NCBI GenBank assembly: GCA_976226885.1
Contig: OZ320316.1
Coordinates: forward strand, 34,038,001-34,102,000
Source of the DNA: Iphione sp. A-MEVVRFRX5
Taxonomy: Eukaryota
DNA length: 64,000 nt
Direction of reading: 5' to 3'
Shown piece after piece: positions 34,875 through 47,900 of this stretch (position 1 is the first letter of the stretch; each line of letters opens with the position of its first letter). Under the pieces are notes generated by a model. The model was not told where the DNA came from and made no database searches. It saw only the letters and a list, made by a program, of their open reading frames with translations. The position numbers and the translations under genes were made by a program.

Positions 34875-35600
34875 ATCCAGATTTACACTTATCAAGTTAA
34901 CCTTTGACCTAACCTGTGTCAGAGGTCACATGTCATGCTCAGAAAGTATGCTTTTGATTAATTTGTATGTTACAGATTGGAACTCAAATTTTAAGACTTG
35001 TGTCTATCTGGACATTAGCCCACTTTACGTTTTATATTGGTTGCTATTTTGAAGGCAAGCATTAGTGATGCCATTAGTGATACCATTGGTGACCCTGACC
35101 TTGATATTCAGTATTTCACTGCAAACACTCTTAGTTTATCACAATTTCTTGCTCAAAAACGGAATTGACAAAATTACCATCTTGTTTGGATGGAAATGGA
35201 ATGCATTTCACCTTTGACCTTGTACCGCAATAGTGCAGTATGCAATATAATACCAATACAGTCTTGGTGGCTGGTATTGTTATGTGTGTACCGCATGAGT
35301 GGGGAATAAATGTAGGTCTGTGTACATGCAGTTCAAAATATATAGAGAAAATAACTACCTGGTTATGTGTTTTTAAGATGGGCTATTTCGCCTGGGTATC
35401 CTAAATTAATAGTATCCTTGCACAACAAAAATGTACATTAAAATGGTAAATTTTAGATATCTTAGATATCAAGTTTCATATCCATGCATGATTTCATGGG
35501 ATGCATATATTGCTACATGCAGTTTGAAAATACGAGATGTGTGTACAGTGACATGATCTGCCATATTTCTTTGTAGGTCAGCTAGAAGAGTGGACGCAAT

Positions 35601-38600
35601 ATGAATATCGATGCAGTGGTCTATGTCCGCCCCCCTGTCCGGGGGGAGACAGCTGCTCCATTGGAGATGGATGGTCCGAACCGTATCCTGACCAAAGCAG
35701 GAGGAGCTGCACTAGAGTACGTACATTCATGTATAGAGACCCCTCTGCATATGTACAACCAGTAACAAATCTTACCATTTCAGACAGCCTTACGCACATC
35801 TGTCAGATTTTGCATACATTTGAATGCAGATCAAGTAAGTAGTATTTAATTTGATATGATGAAACGCACTACGGAAAAAATGAAAGTAAAAAAGTCACAG
35901 AAATTCGAGTACATGACCAGCATGGCAGTTTCCTATCTTGAGAAATTGTGTCTGTCTTGAAGCCATCGATTTGTTAGTTTTAATCTGTCATTACCCAAAA
36001 TAAACCTATTCTCTGCAAAAGCAGTCAGACCGTCGATGTCCAATTTTGTGCTGTTTCAGAGTGCACGAACAGAGCAAAAAAGTAAATGTACCTTACTATT
36101 ACACTGTAAATGTACATTCATACATGCGTACATGTACCTGTAGTTACTTCGGTCAAACATTAGAGGCAATTACTTGTAGTATAAACATTAAAATTGGTAA
36201 CATTTTAGGTGTACAAGATCCTAAGAAGGAAACGGGAATGCGATTTGTTACATGTGGTATGCAAAACAAATGAGTCATAACAAACTCGGTAACCAATATC
36301 AAGATGCAAAATATTGTTACATATAAGGTATTTTGATAACAGCTGAGGTACATTACATTTATTGAGTTAATTTCAACCATGTTCTTCGTACTCCAGTGTG
36401 CAGCAGTTGTACAACGCCGGGACGCCACTCTCCGATGTTTTCCGGCGTTCTGTGGCTCCCCTGGTGGACCTGTTCATAGCTGGGTTCAATGTGTCTCTGC
36501 TTGTCACTGGCGAGAGTGGCTCTGGCAAGTCATATTTTATGGCTGGAGAGAACATCAGCAGGACGGGCACTGTCCCCATGTTAATGGAAGTCATATTTGA
36601 TCGTATACGTGAAGGTAATTTATAAAATGTCCTCAAAATTACACATAACTTCTCTGAAGTACATAAAATAATAAGATATAGTCATTATATGCAAGTACAC
36701 CTTATTCTTTGGCTATGGACTTGAGTACATACAGGGTATCAATATAGCCACCCTTCTTCACTCATCACATTTGCAAGTACACATGGAGTACTGCTGGTAC
36801 TTAAATTTTTGGCAAGAGCAGTTAACGTTTTGTAAGAGTGCCAACTTCTGAGTGGCAAAACAGTGCCATATGTAAGAGAGTGGTTTTTGTAAGAAGGTTG
36901 ATGATAGCTTTGAATAATGGTCCACATCTACTAGCTTCGTACAGGACACTCCAGTAATGCAAATGCTCTGTCACATAATTCATGGCACGTGACCGTCAAA
37001 TTACCGAAGGGACAAATTGAGGACATAACCACTGGGCACATGTCCACTTCATGTATGACTTTGACAGTTGTGTCTATTAATTTGGTAGATGCGCAGGTGT
37101 CACAGCCCATAGCACGTAGGTCTGATGCCCAGGTCACGCTGGAGGTTGTGGAAGTATACAATGAATTAGTGAAAGACTTGCTCCAGGTACCTGCACTCAG
37201 CCCACAGTACCTCAGCTTAGACGAAACCGCTACGGATGGAGTGCATGTGAAGGTACGCTGGGGTGTGGTGTAAGAGGTGCATGGACTGAATTTACTCACA
37301 AAGCATGTTTTGTTACCCTTTATGCTAACGAGAGGTAGCGAGGAAAACTTTATTTTACGTTGGAAGAACAACTGGAGGACTTCGACCACAACATTAAACC
37401 AAAAATATAATTGAGTTGGGGGGAAACATACTGGCATTTTCCGTTGCGAGGCATAAACAGATGCATGTTCTGCTGACCACTAGTCACCCTGCCGATGTCA
37501 GACTTTAATGGTCGATGCAAACATACATGTACCTTCTTTTCTGTCGACCCACACAGAACTGCAAGGTTGCGCCAGTGCGGAATGCCCAGGAAGGAGAGGC
37601 GTTGTTCAGACAAGCCTGGTCCAGACGGTCTGACCACTATACCGACTTCGGGCTGGCCAAGAACTACTCCTCCGTTATAGTGCATATAGACCTAATCATG
37701 GTTGGTGTTTGCTCATAACAACATTATCTGGCCCTTTTTTTCATCATCTGCAATACAGAATAATCATGTTTAACTATTTCCTGACCTATTTGTAGGCTCG
37801 AATAATAAAGCTCCTTGATTTGGGTACATTTCATAATTCTTTCTGATGTACAATTTCATGCAGTCAGAAGTCATGACATGTTTGAAATTAAGATGAGTAC
37901 ACCGTTTTAGTTGGATATATTTTATAGCAGATGTTACATTGACTTTTCGTTATGTTTTAAGCAATCAGCCGATAGTCTCCTGCCCAACAAATCACGTTTC
38001 ACTGTGATGGTAACACCGGGTGTGGAGAAGTTGGCTGGGGACACTCGTCAGTTGCGGGTCAGAGAGGGACCCACCTTGAGTAAGGGCATTATCGCCCTCA
38101 GTCAACTAGTGGCAGCATTGGCAAACCAGCCCTACGCTGACCGTTGCATTAATTACAGGTAATTTCTATTTCTTGCTTTTCACGCTAATTTTTAAATACA
38201 CGATCTTTTGTTAAAAAGAATTATTTCACTACATTGTCAGTAGATCTTTACCAACCTACCCCTGTAATGATAGTTATATAATTGGGAATTCTTATTCCTA
38301 TAATTAGTCACATACCTCTCATACAGGAGTCAATCGAAAATCTATTGAAGATTAGCACAGAGCTGATAAGAAGTGCTGGCCTCATCTCACCACACTATTA
38401 GCATAGTCACCCGCCCAATCTACCACAAATACAATACTTGTCTCCATGCGTTTGTGATGAATAGTGACACTGACAACTTGATCGTGTGGCATATAGATCC
38501 CCCTTTGGTAAAATAATGCTATACACGTATGTATTTCGGTCAACATCTTTTAAAAACAGAGACTCCCAGCTAACGTCACTGCTGAAAGATGAGCTTGGAG

Positions 38601-41600
38601 GCAATTGTAAGACGTTGGTCCTGCTGTGTCTGAGGCCCTACTCCGACCCGGACAAACTAGACCCTATCTTACGCTTTGTGCAGCAGTCTACACGCGTCGT
38701 CAACTTTCCCATACCCAATGATCCTTTCGCCCAGGTATGACATGTCCATTTGAGCACCTCAGAACACAAGGTTGTAATGCGAATACTATTCTGTCATGGT
38801 TGATGGATGGATGGCCTAAAAAAACAAAAATAATAAAAAAATAAAGATTTTATGTGTATATCGTCTGTTCAGTTATGGATACCTGGACCCGTCTGATACA
38901 TCCATCTATTACTAATCACATGCACGTCGTATGATAACTCATTTGGATATGATACATACACGTAAATATAATTTATATCGTTGACATTCTGTGTGAAATG
39001 GTTTACTATCAGCAAATGTCATAAAAAATTTGCCCTTTTTATCATCATTATAACCCCATTTTAGTTTAGTTTTACACAGCAACTAGCCGCAAAAATGGAA
39101 TTTTTTTTCTGAAACGTCCTCAGTGGTAACTATTTGATTTTGTAAAACCAACATGACATTGTGACTGCTGGGCTGCACATCCCCATTTTTTAAGTTTGGC
39201 TGTTGTTTTTTCCCTGTTTAGCAACTGCTCACCCAGTACCGTGCACAGATCCTGAACCTCCGGCAGCAGCTCGGTTGGAGCACAGGGGCCACAGACCCGG
39301 GCAAGCTGCATGACCTACACGATGAAATGAGGCGTATCCGCACGGAAAACGTAAAGACACCTTTTCTGTTATAAAGTTTCTGAAATGAAAAACAATTGTT
39401 GCTCTTAGTGTCAGCAAAATTTTCGCTGTAGATCATTACTTTTATTTCTATTATTGAGCTGATTTCTCTAAATAGTTTTCTAGTTTATGCTATAATCCAT
39501 GACAATGCAAAATGGAGTTTATTTTACCCACTCTTCCTCGTGTTTCCTTATAGATAATAATCCTATGTTTTGTATGTTCAAAAATCTCATTTCACGCTGA
39601 GTGTCCATGTTAGATAGTTTCGGCCATTCACACCCTCATTGTCCGTGTAAAATGTTTTTTCTATGTCCCATCATGGTAATATATATATGTTCTCCTGTTC
39701 ATTTTAGCTTATTTGATATCCCTCTTTAAAGCTTTTGGTCCGTATTCTAAGTTATGTCCACCCTTTTCCTTTTGCAGGTGACAATTCGAGACCAGAATGA
39801 TCGTCTCCAGGCCAGGCTTGACCATCTCCAGAGCAGGTTTGGGAACCTGGCAACTACCAAGACAGACCTCTCCTCCCAGCTACTCCTGACAGAGGAAGAG
39901 AAGCTGAAGGTAGAACTAACTCACCTGCCAGGATTCGATATCTGCACTTGAGCAACTTACCTGGGAATGCAGTCGGGATTCAATGTCTACACAGCCCTAA
40001 ATGTCAGGACACATTTTTCCCGAAACCACAGTCGTAACGTAGTTCTGAGACTCAATATTCAAATAAGCTCTATTTCCAAATATTTAACATAGTGCTGACT
40101 ATTCAGATATCGATTCCTGACTACATGTAGAGAATTTTTAACCTTTAGTACCAGGGGTAGACACAAGCTAAATTGAAAGCAAGTTGTGTGTGAGGGTCTT
40201 CTATAGTGGCGCCACCTGTACTGTATCTCTGATAAACATCTGTGCCCATACCCTGGTGCAAAACCATGACTACATTTCACTGGTAATTTCATGTAATCTA
40301 CTTATTTAAATTATTGTGCAAACATATGCATATATCCTCAAGCATGTTATTTTTTTGCTATCATTTATGTGCTTTGCATATCGCTGTATGCCATTCTGTC
40401 ACGAATATATGTAAGGAGTTATTATATCCATTTTTTTTACTCATACTCATGCAGTAACTGCCTAACTACAAAAACCCTTTGTCTTTAAATATAGACAAAC
40501 TAAACCCTTACTTTCACACTTTTCAAATGATATAACCGTGGTTCCTGGAGACTTGCAATTATTAGTATCATCAAAGATGTGATGCCACACCAGCTGAATA
40601 TATTATACACTGAAATAGTGCACTGTAATAGCCTCAACTGGAACACGATAAAAACCCATTTCACAGAATACAAATTTTTAAAAAACTGTTGTTAGAGCAG
40701 ACATCCCGATGAAACCGGTGGTAATTACAGTATTATATCTTCAATGGAACTATAACTATAGAAATAGATTCATAAGCACGAAGCAAGGCTGTTATGAAAG
40801 CCCCTCCCCCCCACCCCCATCAGGCCCAAGTAAGCTGCATGCAAGAGTAGGCTTCCTGGAAGGTTTGGATTATTTTGTAGAAATTAGAAAGAAGGTGTCT
40901 GAAATAGCAGCATCCCTTTTATGGAAACTAGAAAGGTGGGTCCAGTCTCGATGCTGACCTGGATGGAGTTCAGATGTAATATTCTGACACTTGTGATACT
41001 GGAAAAGCTATTGTAGGAGAAGTGGAAGAATATGTCCACTTATTACAATAGTACAGGTTCTTATTTCAGCCAATGAAAATATACGTGCACATAGTGTTCA
41101 TAGGTGTCTTACCAAGCCTAAGCAGCATCTGGGATCACTCTGATTAAAGTAGTAGTATATTATGAGGTAAATTGTATAACACCTGGTGGTACCACTATGA
41201 GTCATTGCTGATGCAGCCTTTAAAATTAAGTCGAAAGCTTCCACTCCCTTGAATAAGGTACAGTTGAATGCCACATGACTGTATAATCTAAAGATTTCGT
41301 TATCATCGTAGGTTTCAAAAACATTGGTGGAAATGCAGATAGAGAATAACAAATTGAAAGAAGAAATGGAAGCTGCCAAATTCGAATTGACCAATAAGGT
41401 GAGCGCATAACTATTCCAGAAACATGAATAGCCCATTACATTAATTTTAATGCCCAACATTTTTACTTCTATAATTCAACGCCACAGAATATGACTACCT
41501 ACATGATTTATTACTTGGTTATTGCTTATTTAATTTGCCCAAGTTTACGTGAATGATTATTTGACATTATTATTTCTTGCAAACTGGTGATGTAAGCTAT

Positions 41601-41866
41601 AACCAACCATTACTGAATCTCGAAGCTGTTTAGGTAGAACTATTTTACTCTTCTCGTAACACCACGATCAGATGTGGTTGTACTGGACAGTCACCTGAAG
41701 TAAATACACATATGGAAGTCAATTTTGAAGTTTCAAATGAACTAATGGGAGTACATTAATAGGGCAATTTGTGGTCAAAAGATAGAAACTGAAGTGTTTC
41801 TTTGACCTAGTTGTGACAATCAGAGAGAGAGAGAGAGGGAGAGAGAAGAGAGAGAGGGAGGGAGAG

Positions 41867-41916
<50 letters not shown>

Positions 41917-44900
41917 AATAGGCTAGGGGAAAACAAGGGAAAGAAGTATAGAAGGGAAGGCAGGTGAGGAGACGAAAAGGTGATGAGCGGAAAAGAGGGG
42001 GCGATACGTATATTACAGCTGAAAATCTGTCAGTAGATTCTCACTGAATATGATCTTAGCAAAAGCTCCCTTATTAACCCAATATTGACAATACTCTAAT
42101 ATTTCTTTTCACAGTTTAAGCATAACTTATAGTGTCAGCATTGTCCAACTGTGCCTATGAATGCATGCATGAAGATTATGTATCCCTCTTTGCGTTGAAC
42201 ACAGATCATTCACTTGGAAAGTGAGCTGACTCACCTTGATGTCAGTAGGGACAAGCACAGTAAGGCAGCTGCAATTGCAGAAGAACGACTTGCCACCATG
42301 GAACGAGATCGTAAGCAGATGGCTGATGAGTACATTGGTCTTAAAGCCAATTACAGTGCACTAAAGGAGGCCCACGACAAGGAGGTAAGTGTTCTATTTG
42401 TGGATTAGAAGTGTTGAATAAATGAAAGACTAACTCACATCTTGGATTCAAGGTGGCAGAAGGCTAATATTAACGTCTCAGAATGTAGTATACATGTACA
42501 AAACACAAGTTTTAGCAACTTTTTTCCTAAGTTAAAGGAACAAATATCCCAATATGTATTCATACTAGATAGAAAAACTAGATTTGAACATTTCTGTGGA
42601 TCTCCCACACATCACGGCATGGTCACAATGAGGACTGAATAAATATTACCAAACTTATGTTCATTTGAACTGGCCAGGCTGACAACAATAGGAATGAAAG
42701 CGGTCACAAATGATAAACTGCTGGTAAGAGTAATGTAAAGTGATGGTGAAGATTAACATTTTTATTTCTCCCTAAACAAATTGTGTTAACTGTGGGACAT
42801 TAAATAGTCTTTCATATTATCATTGTATCCAGAATCTTAGATTTCAGCCATTTGTATTTATTTTGACATCCCATTCAAACCGGATTGGTTATTTAAAGTA
42901 TTTCAATAGATAAACTCTTGTGCAACGTGGCAAACGTGTACGTCTTGTCGGTGCAAAAAAACAATAGATAAACTCTTATACAGGTAGGAAAGAACGAAGA
43001 GCTTAGTGTGGAGCTGCTCAATCTTGTCAATGCCAAAGCTGTGTTACTTCGGCGGCTTGAAAAACTGGAGAGCAGCCCAAAGCAACGGCTGAACCCAGAT
43101 GCTGAGCTGGAGCGAGTGAGAGCCATGGTTAGCCGCATGTCCACGAGAAGGGTAAGAAAACTAGGGCATTGACCATGTTCTTGTGAAAAAAACAAGATGG
43201 ACTCACTGTAATAAGATTTACTAACGGTTATTTAAATGGTTAGCTTGAAATATAATATATTGTTTTCAGTGCGTTTAAAGGCATATGGGGACCACCAAAT
43301 CTGCTTTTCAGTAACGTGATTTTACTCCACTAATTAATCCCAGATAATTTTAAAACTACTAAATAAAAACAGCATTGAGTGTGAAGTTTTAATTGACAAC
43401 TCCGCATGTTTTTCTGGTTTTTTTTTGTTAATTTATCACATGTTGCATCTGAACCAACTCAGCCCCTCTGTAATTCATTTGCCTTTAATTACTTGTTGCT
43501 CTTAGAAACTGGTACAAGTGTCTCTTGAGATATTCAATACATTAATGGCAAATTTACAAACTTGTCTGATTTCTCCCTCAGCCTGAAGATTTAGAAGCCT
43601 CTCAACAGGACCTGGCACGAACCGAGCAAAACGTAAGCCTCATTGCACGCTTATTAGCAGTTTAAATATATTTTCATATACATGTACTCATTTCTACACA
43701 ATTTCTCTCTGTACCCTAATGAAAGCTAGCTTGGTGGAAACACATCGATCATGCAATAACCGACCTAAGCATCATTTTTATTTACCGAATTGTGGTAAGA
43801 TACGAAGTTAGAGGCAAAATATGTAATACTTTCTCAATGAGATCGATACCCATTAGTCTGCATTTATTCCAAAGTTAACATCATACCGGAGGATTATAGA
43901 GAAACGTTATATCATGTATTGTTGCGAGTTGTGGTGTCGGAATGGAACACAAAGTATACATGTATTTCTCTTTGAAAAATCGTAACAGGTGTTTGGCTCG
44001 TATGTACAGCTTGAGGATGAAATTAAGGCCTTGAAGAGACAGCATGCTGAGGAAGTCCACAAACTTGAGCGTAGGCTGTAAGTACATATAAATGCAATGT
44101 AAGGCATACATATTAAACAGTGGAATGCCATTCCATAAAAAGATCGAGGCTGCAGACAAATCACAGCAGTACTTTATATATGTAGAACTGAATATATCTT
44201 ATTTCTTGTTCATTAATGACCGATGAATGGCAAGCCTGTTTATCTCAGCTCATAGAGTCACACATTTTATACCACACATCCTGGATATGGATCCCATCCA
44301 TGTCTAAACAGAGTCGTGTAACTATTGAAATTTCTGTTTCCATGGCGTGGCATTTCGCTGTATCGGGATCGCATGCTGAATAATGGGAATCAAATTTTGC
44401 ATATACTGTTCTTGGATGGTTTTTATTTTTACTACCACAATGCTAGTATTGCCCTTTAATTTCAGTGGCTTTCGCACAGTGTTTCTCTTGGTTGTAATTG
44501 CATTTGTCTTTATCATTACCTTGAAATAATAGTTTTTTATCGTAAAATATACTTGTTTTACACATATGCTTTAGTTCTTTTCCCCTTATTTTCTGTGCAG
44601 TACACGAAATAACATAATCACCAGATGATGTTTTTGATTTGTTATTTGTGTGTTTAGATGGGTTTTTGTTGTTCTATATGTTAACACAAAACCTTTGCAG
44701 CACTACTATGCGGAAAGAGGTCCATGATAGTAGAAACATTGCCAGGGAGAGGCAACGGAAAGCTTCCCAGATTAATGCAGTAAGTCCTGAAAAACTACTA
44801 ACTGCTGCCGTCACAAGTTATCAATCTCACGATCTAAAAACCCCTAGACGGAGCAGGTCAAATGCCTTTCTTGAAATGCAGAGCCCATACTGTAATATTC

Positions 44901-47900
44901 CCTTGCTGGGTAATAATAAGACAGATTTAACTTGGGTTTTCTACTCCTTTACTTCACTGCACATGTGGTGTTACTCCATGGCTCCTGGGTGGTGGTGTCT
45001 CACTCAGTGTTCACCCCTAACATGTTACCCGGTGGTACTGGTACACTACATCCCTTCCTTTCTTCAGAGACAAAACTTCCTATCATCCCTGACTTCAGAT
45101 GTACTTCAATACACAGTCATGATGTCCTAGATCACCCAGTGTTCCTATACTACTGAGTTCATAACCTTCCTTTGATTTCACAGAGTACTGCTCACTGTTG
45201 AAATTAGGTGCGCTCTGTGAATCCTTTTTCTTCCCTTTCACATAAATGAATGTGGCCTCTGCTGTTCCATCTTTTGTCTTCACCTTCTCATCCTCCATCT
45301 TCCTTGTTCTCTCCTCCCTTGTCATTGTTCTGTCCTCTGTCTTCAGAGTTGCATCCTTCAAATTCTTTTCCATATTTTTCTTCACCTTCCTCTTCACCTT
45401 CCTTTTCGCATCTTCCTTCTCAGTTGTGCCAGAATGTTGTCTGATGATGGCTTCATCACCCTTTTCACATTGGCAACATGGTAGCCTCCTCACTAGTTTG
45501 GCTTCCAGCCTAGTTGCCTCATTCACATGAGATTTCCTCTGGACCTCTTTCCAGTTCCCAATGTTAGTGGATACATTGGAGTCCTTCTGTTCAATGTCAG
45601 AGTCATTCCCCTTTGCAGTAGTGGAATGCACTCTTGGTGACTCAGGTGGTCCCACCCGTAGCAAATTCAACCTCTCTGCAGTCTGTTTACCAAGTAGAGT
45701 CCTTCCAGTCCCCTTGATAACAGTAAACTCATCTCGACAATGTTCCTTGCTGGCTGGACACACTATCTCAGCCTCAAATATTCCCAATACCTCTATGGGC
45801 TTGACCTGCCCATACGTAAATAGCTTCTTGTTGGACAGTCGGGACACACACTGCACTTTGTTGCATTTCATCATATTCCAGGTTGCCTTGTCCATGATGT
45901 TACAGGATGCACCTGAGTCAATCAACACAGATCTCAGTTTGACTCCTCCAATCTCCAGGTCAACCATACCATCCATCTTCTCTGCCCCTACTGCAAAGAT
46001 GTAGTCTCCATAACCTCCAACCTGTCCACTGCTTGATGCACCATAGTTCACTTGATATGTTTTTCCCTCTTCTTGGTGCTTCTCCCTTTGTCGCTTCTGT
46101 CGAGTGTCTTGGCCCTTGGTGCGACAGCATACTGCAAAATGTCCCATTCTCCCACATTTGCTGCATTCTTTACCTTGAGCAAGGCATTCCTGATCCTTTG
46201 CCAAGTGATCTTTCTTGTTGCAGCGGAAACATCTCTTTCTGCTGCCATGTCCACTGCTTCCTTCTCTGGTTGCACCTCTGGCTCCCTTGTGTTCCTCCTT
46301 GTTCCCCTTTGAGAAGTTACACTTCCTGTGTACTGCATTCACTTCAGTTGATGCCTCAGTCCGGGTCATCGACTTCATCTGTGCCTCAACTGCTTCGTAG
46401 GCACGCGCAATGTCCTCCAAGTCCTTCAATGTAGCATTCCCTGTCTTCTCCAAGAACTTGCGTCTCAGCCGCTGTTCCCGACACTTGTCGATCAGCTGAT
46501 CACGGATAGCCTCGTCAACATCCGTGAACTCACACGAGACAGCCTTGTGACGTAGCCGACACACAAACTGGTCGACTGTCTCCCCAGCTCCCTGCTCTAG
46601 CTGACGGAACAGGTGCCTCTCAAACGGTACGTTCACAGTCGGTATAAAGTGTGCGTCTAGTCGATCAATACACTCCTTGAGGGACATACCCGTCTCCTCA
46701 GGTACCAGAGTGTAGAACACCTCCTGTAGTTCCATACCTCCAGTGTGTAATAGGAGAGCAACCTTCTGCTCCTCCACAGTTACACCACGTGACGTCACAT
46801 ATAGGTTGAAAGCTCGCTTCCAACGCTTCCACCTTGCACATAGAGTAGTAGGCTCTCCCTTGGGGTCGAAGCAAGGAAGACTACTCACCTCCAGTGTCTT
46901 TAGGCCATCGACAGTACCAGTGTTAAAACCACTGCTGGAACTATTGCCACTTGCACGTTCAGCCATACTGCGTGTCTCCGTCGGTGCCATGATGGATCCA
47001 GACCAACACAGTATCTAGCTATGATAATTGAAATAATATACCACCACAGTATTTAAACAAAACCAGGTACCACCACACTTTTAGGCTACCTATACATAAA
47101 ATGCACCAACCACCTGAAAAACTAAAATATTGTCAACTACAGGATCAATACACAGTTCAATATCAGGCAAACATACAGGTACATGTACACATAAAATACT
47201 CCTGAAATAAAATGACAAAGTTAATGTCATAACAGGTTCAAGACCTCTGAATTAAATCAAATGTCCTTCAAAGTCCAGGTTCTAAACCTCAGAATTTAAT
47301 CAAGTGTCTTTTCAGTTCAACCACAGTACCAATGGTACTACCAGACTCTCAGTCTTTGTAGATTTCAGTATTTAAACTCCAGTTGTCACACATTAAAGTT
47401 CAGTATTTAAACTTTCCTGATCAAACAGCACACCCCAACGTCCTCAGTTCTCTTTGGGGTGTTCTCAGACACCTCTGTAGACAGTCCTTGCCGACTTTTG
47501 ACAACTTGTTACGCAGAACGGCGGCTTGTGACGACTTTTCCTCCTTGTTTGGGTCGTCAGCAACACACTCAATCAGTTGCACACTCCTAGACAGGTTCGC
47601 CGACTTTTGACAGCTTGGTATACACTGCCACGCCTCCTATAGGGTTCCCATGCTTGTAGACTGGCCGGCGAACACTTGACAGCTTTTGCGGCCTTGCCTC
47701 CAGGGTGACCACGCCTACCCACGCTATATTTTCGCGCCCAATCGCGATGACGACGTCCTCCTTGGCTCAGCTGGCCACCAACGCTATCTCTGGCGCGAAA
47801 ATTGCGAAAATCTTTTGACAACTTTTCCTGCTTGTCTGGGTAGTCGGCACACTCCAGACAGGCTCCGCCGACTTTCCTCCAGTTCCCACACATCTAAACG

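Noticed and set aside
45246-47018. Numerous + strand ORFs over the LTR element (and over 27907-31659)
   Set aside because: Antisense shadows of the gag/pro, pol and YR ORFs.
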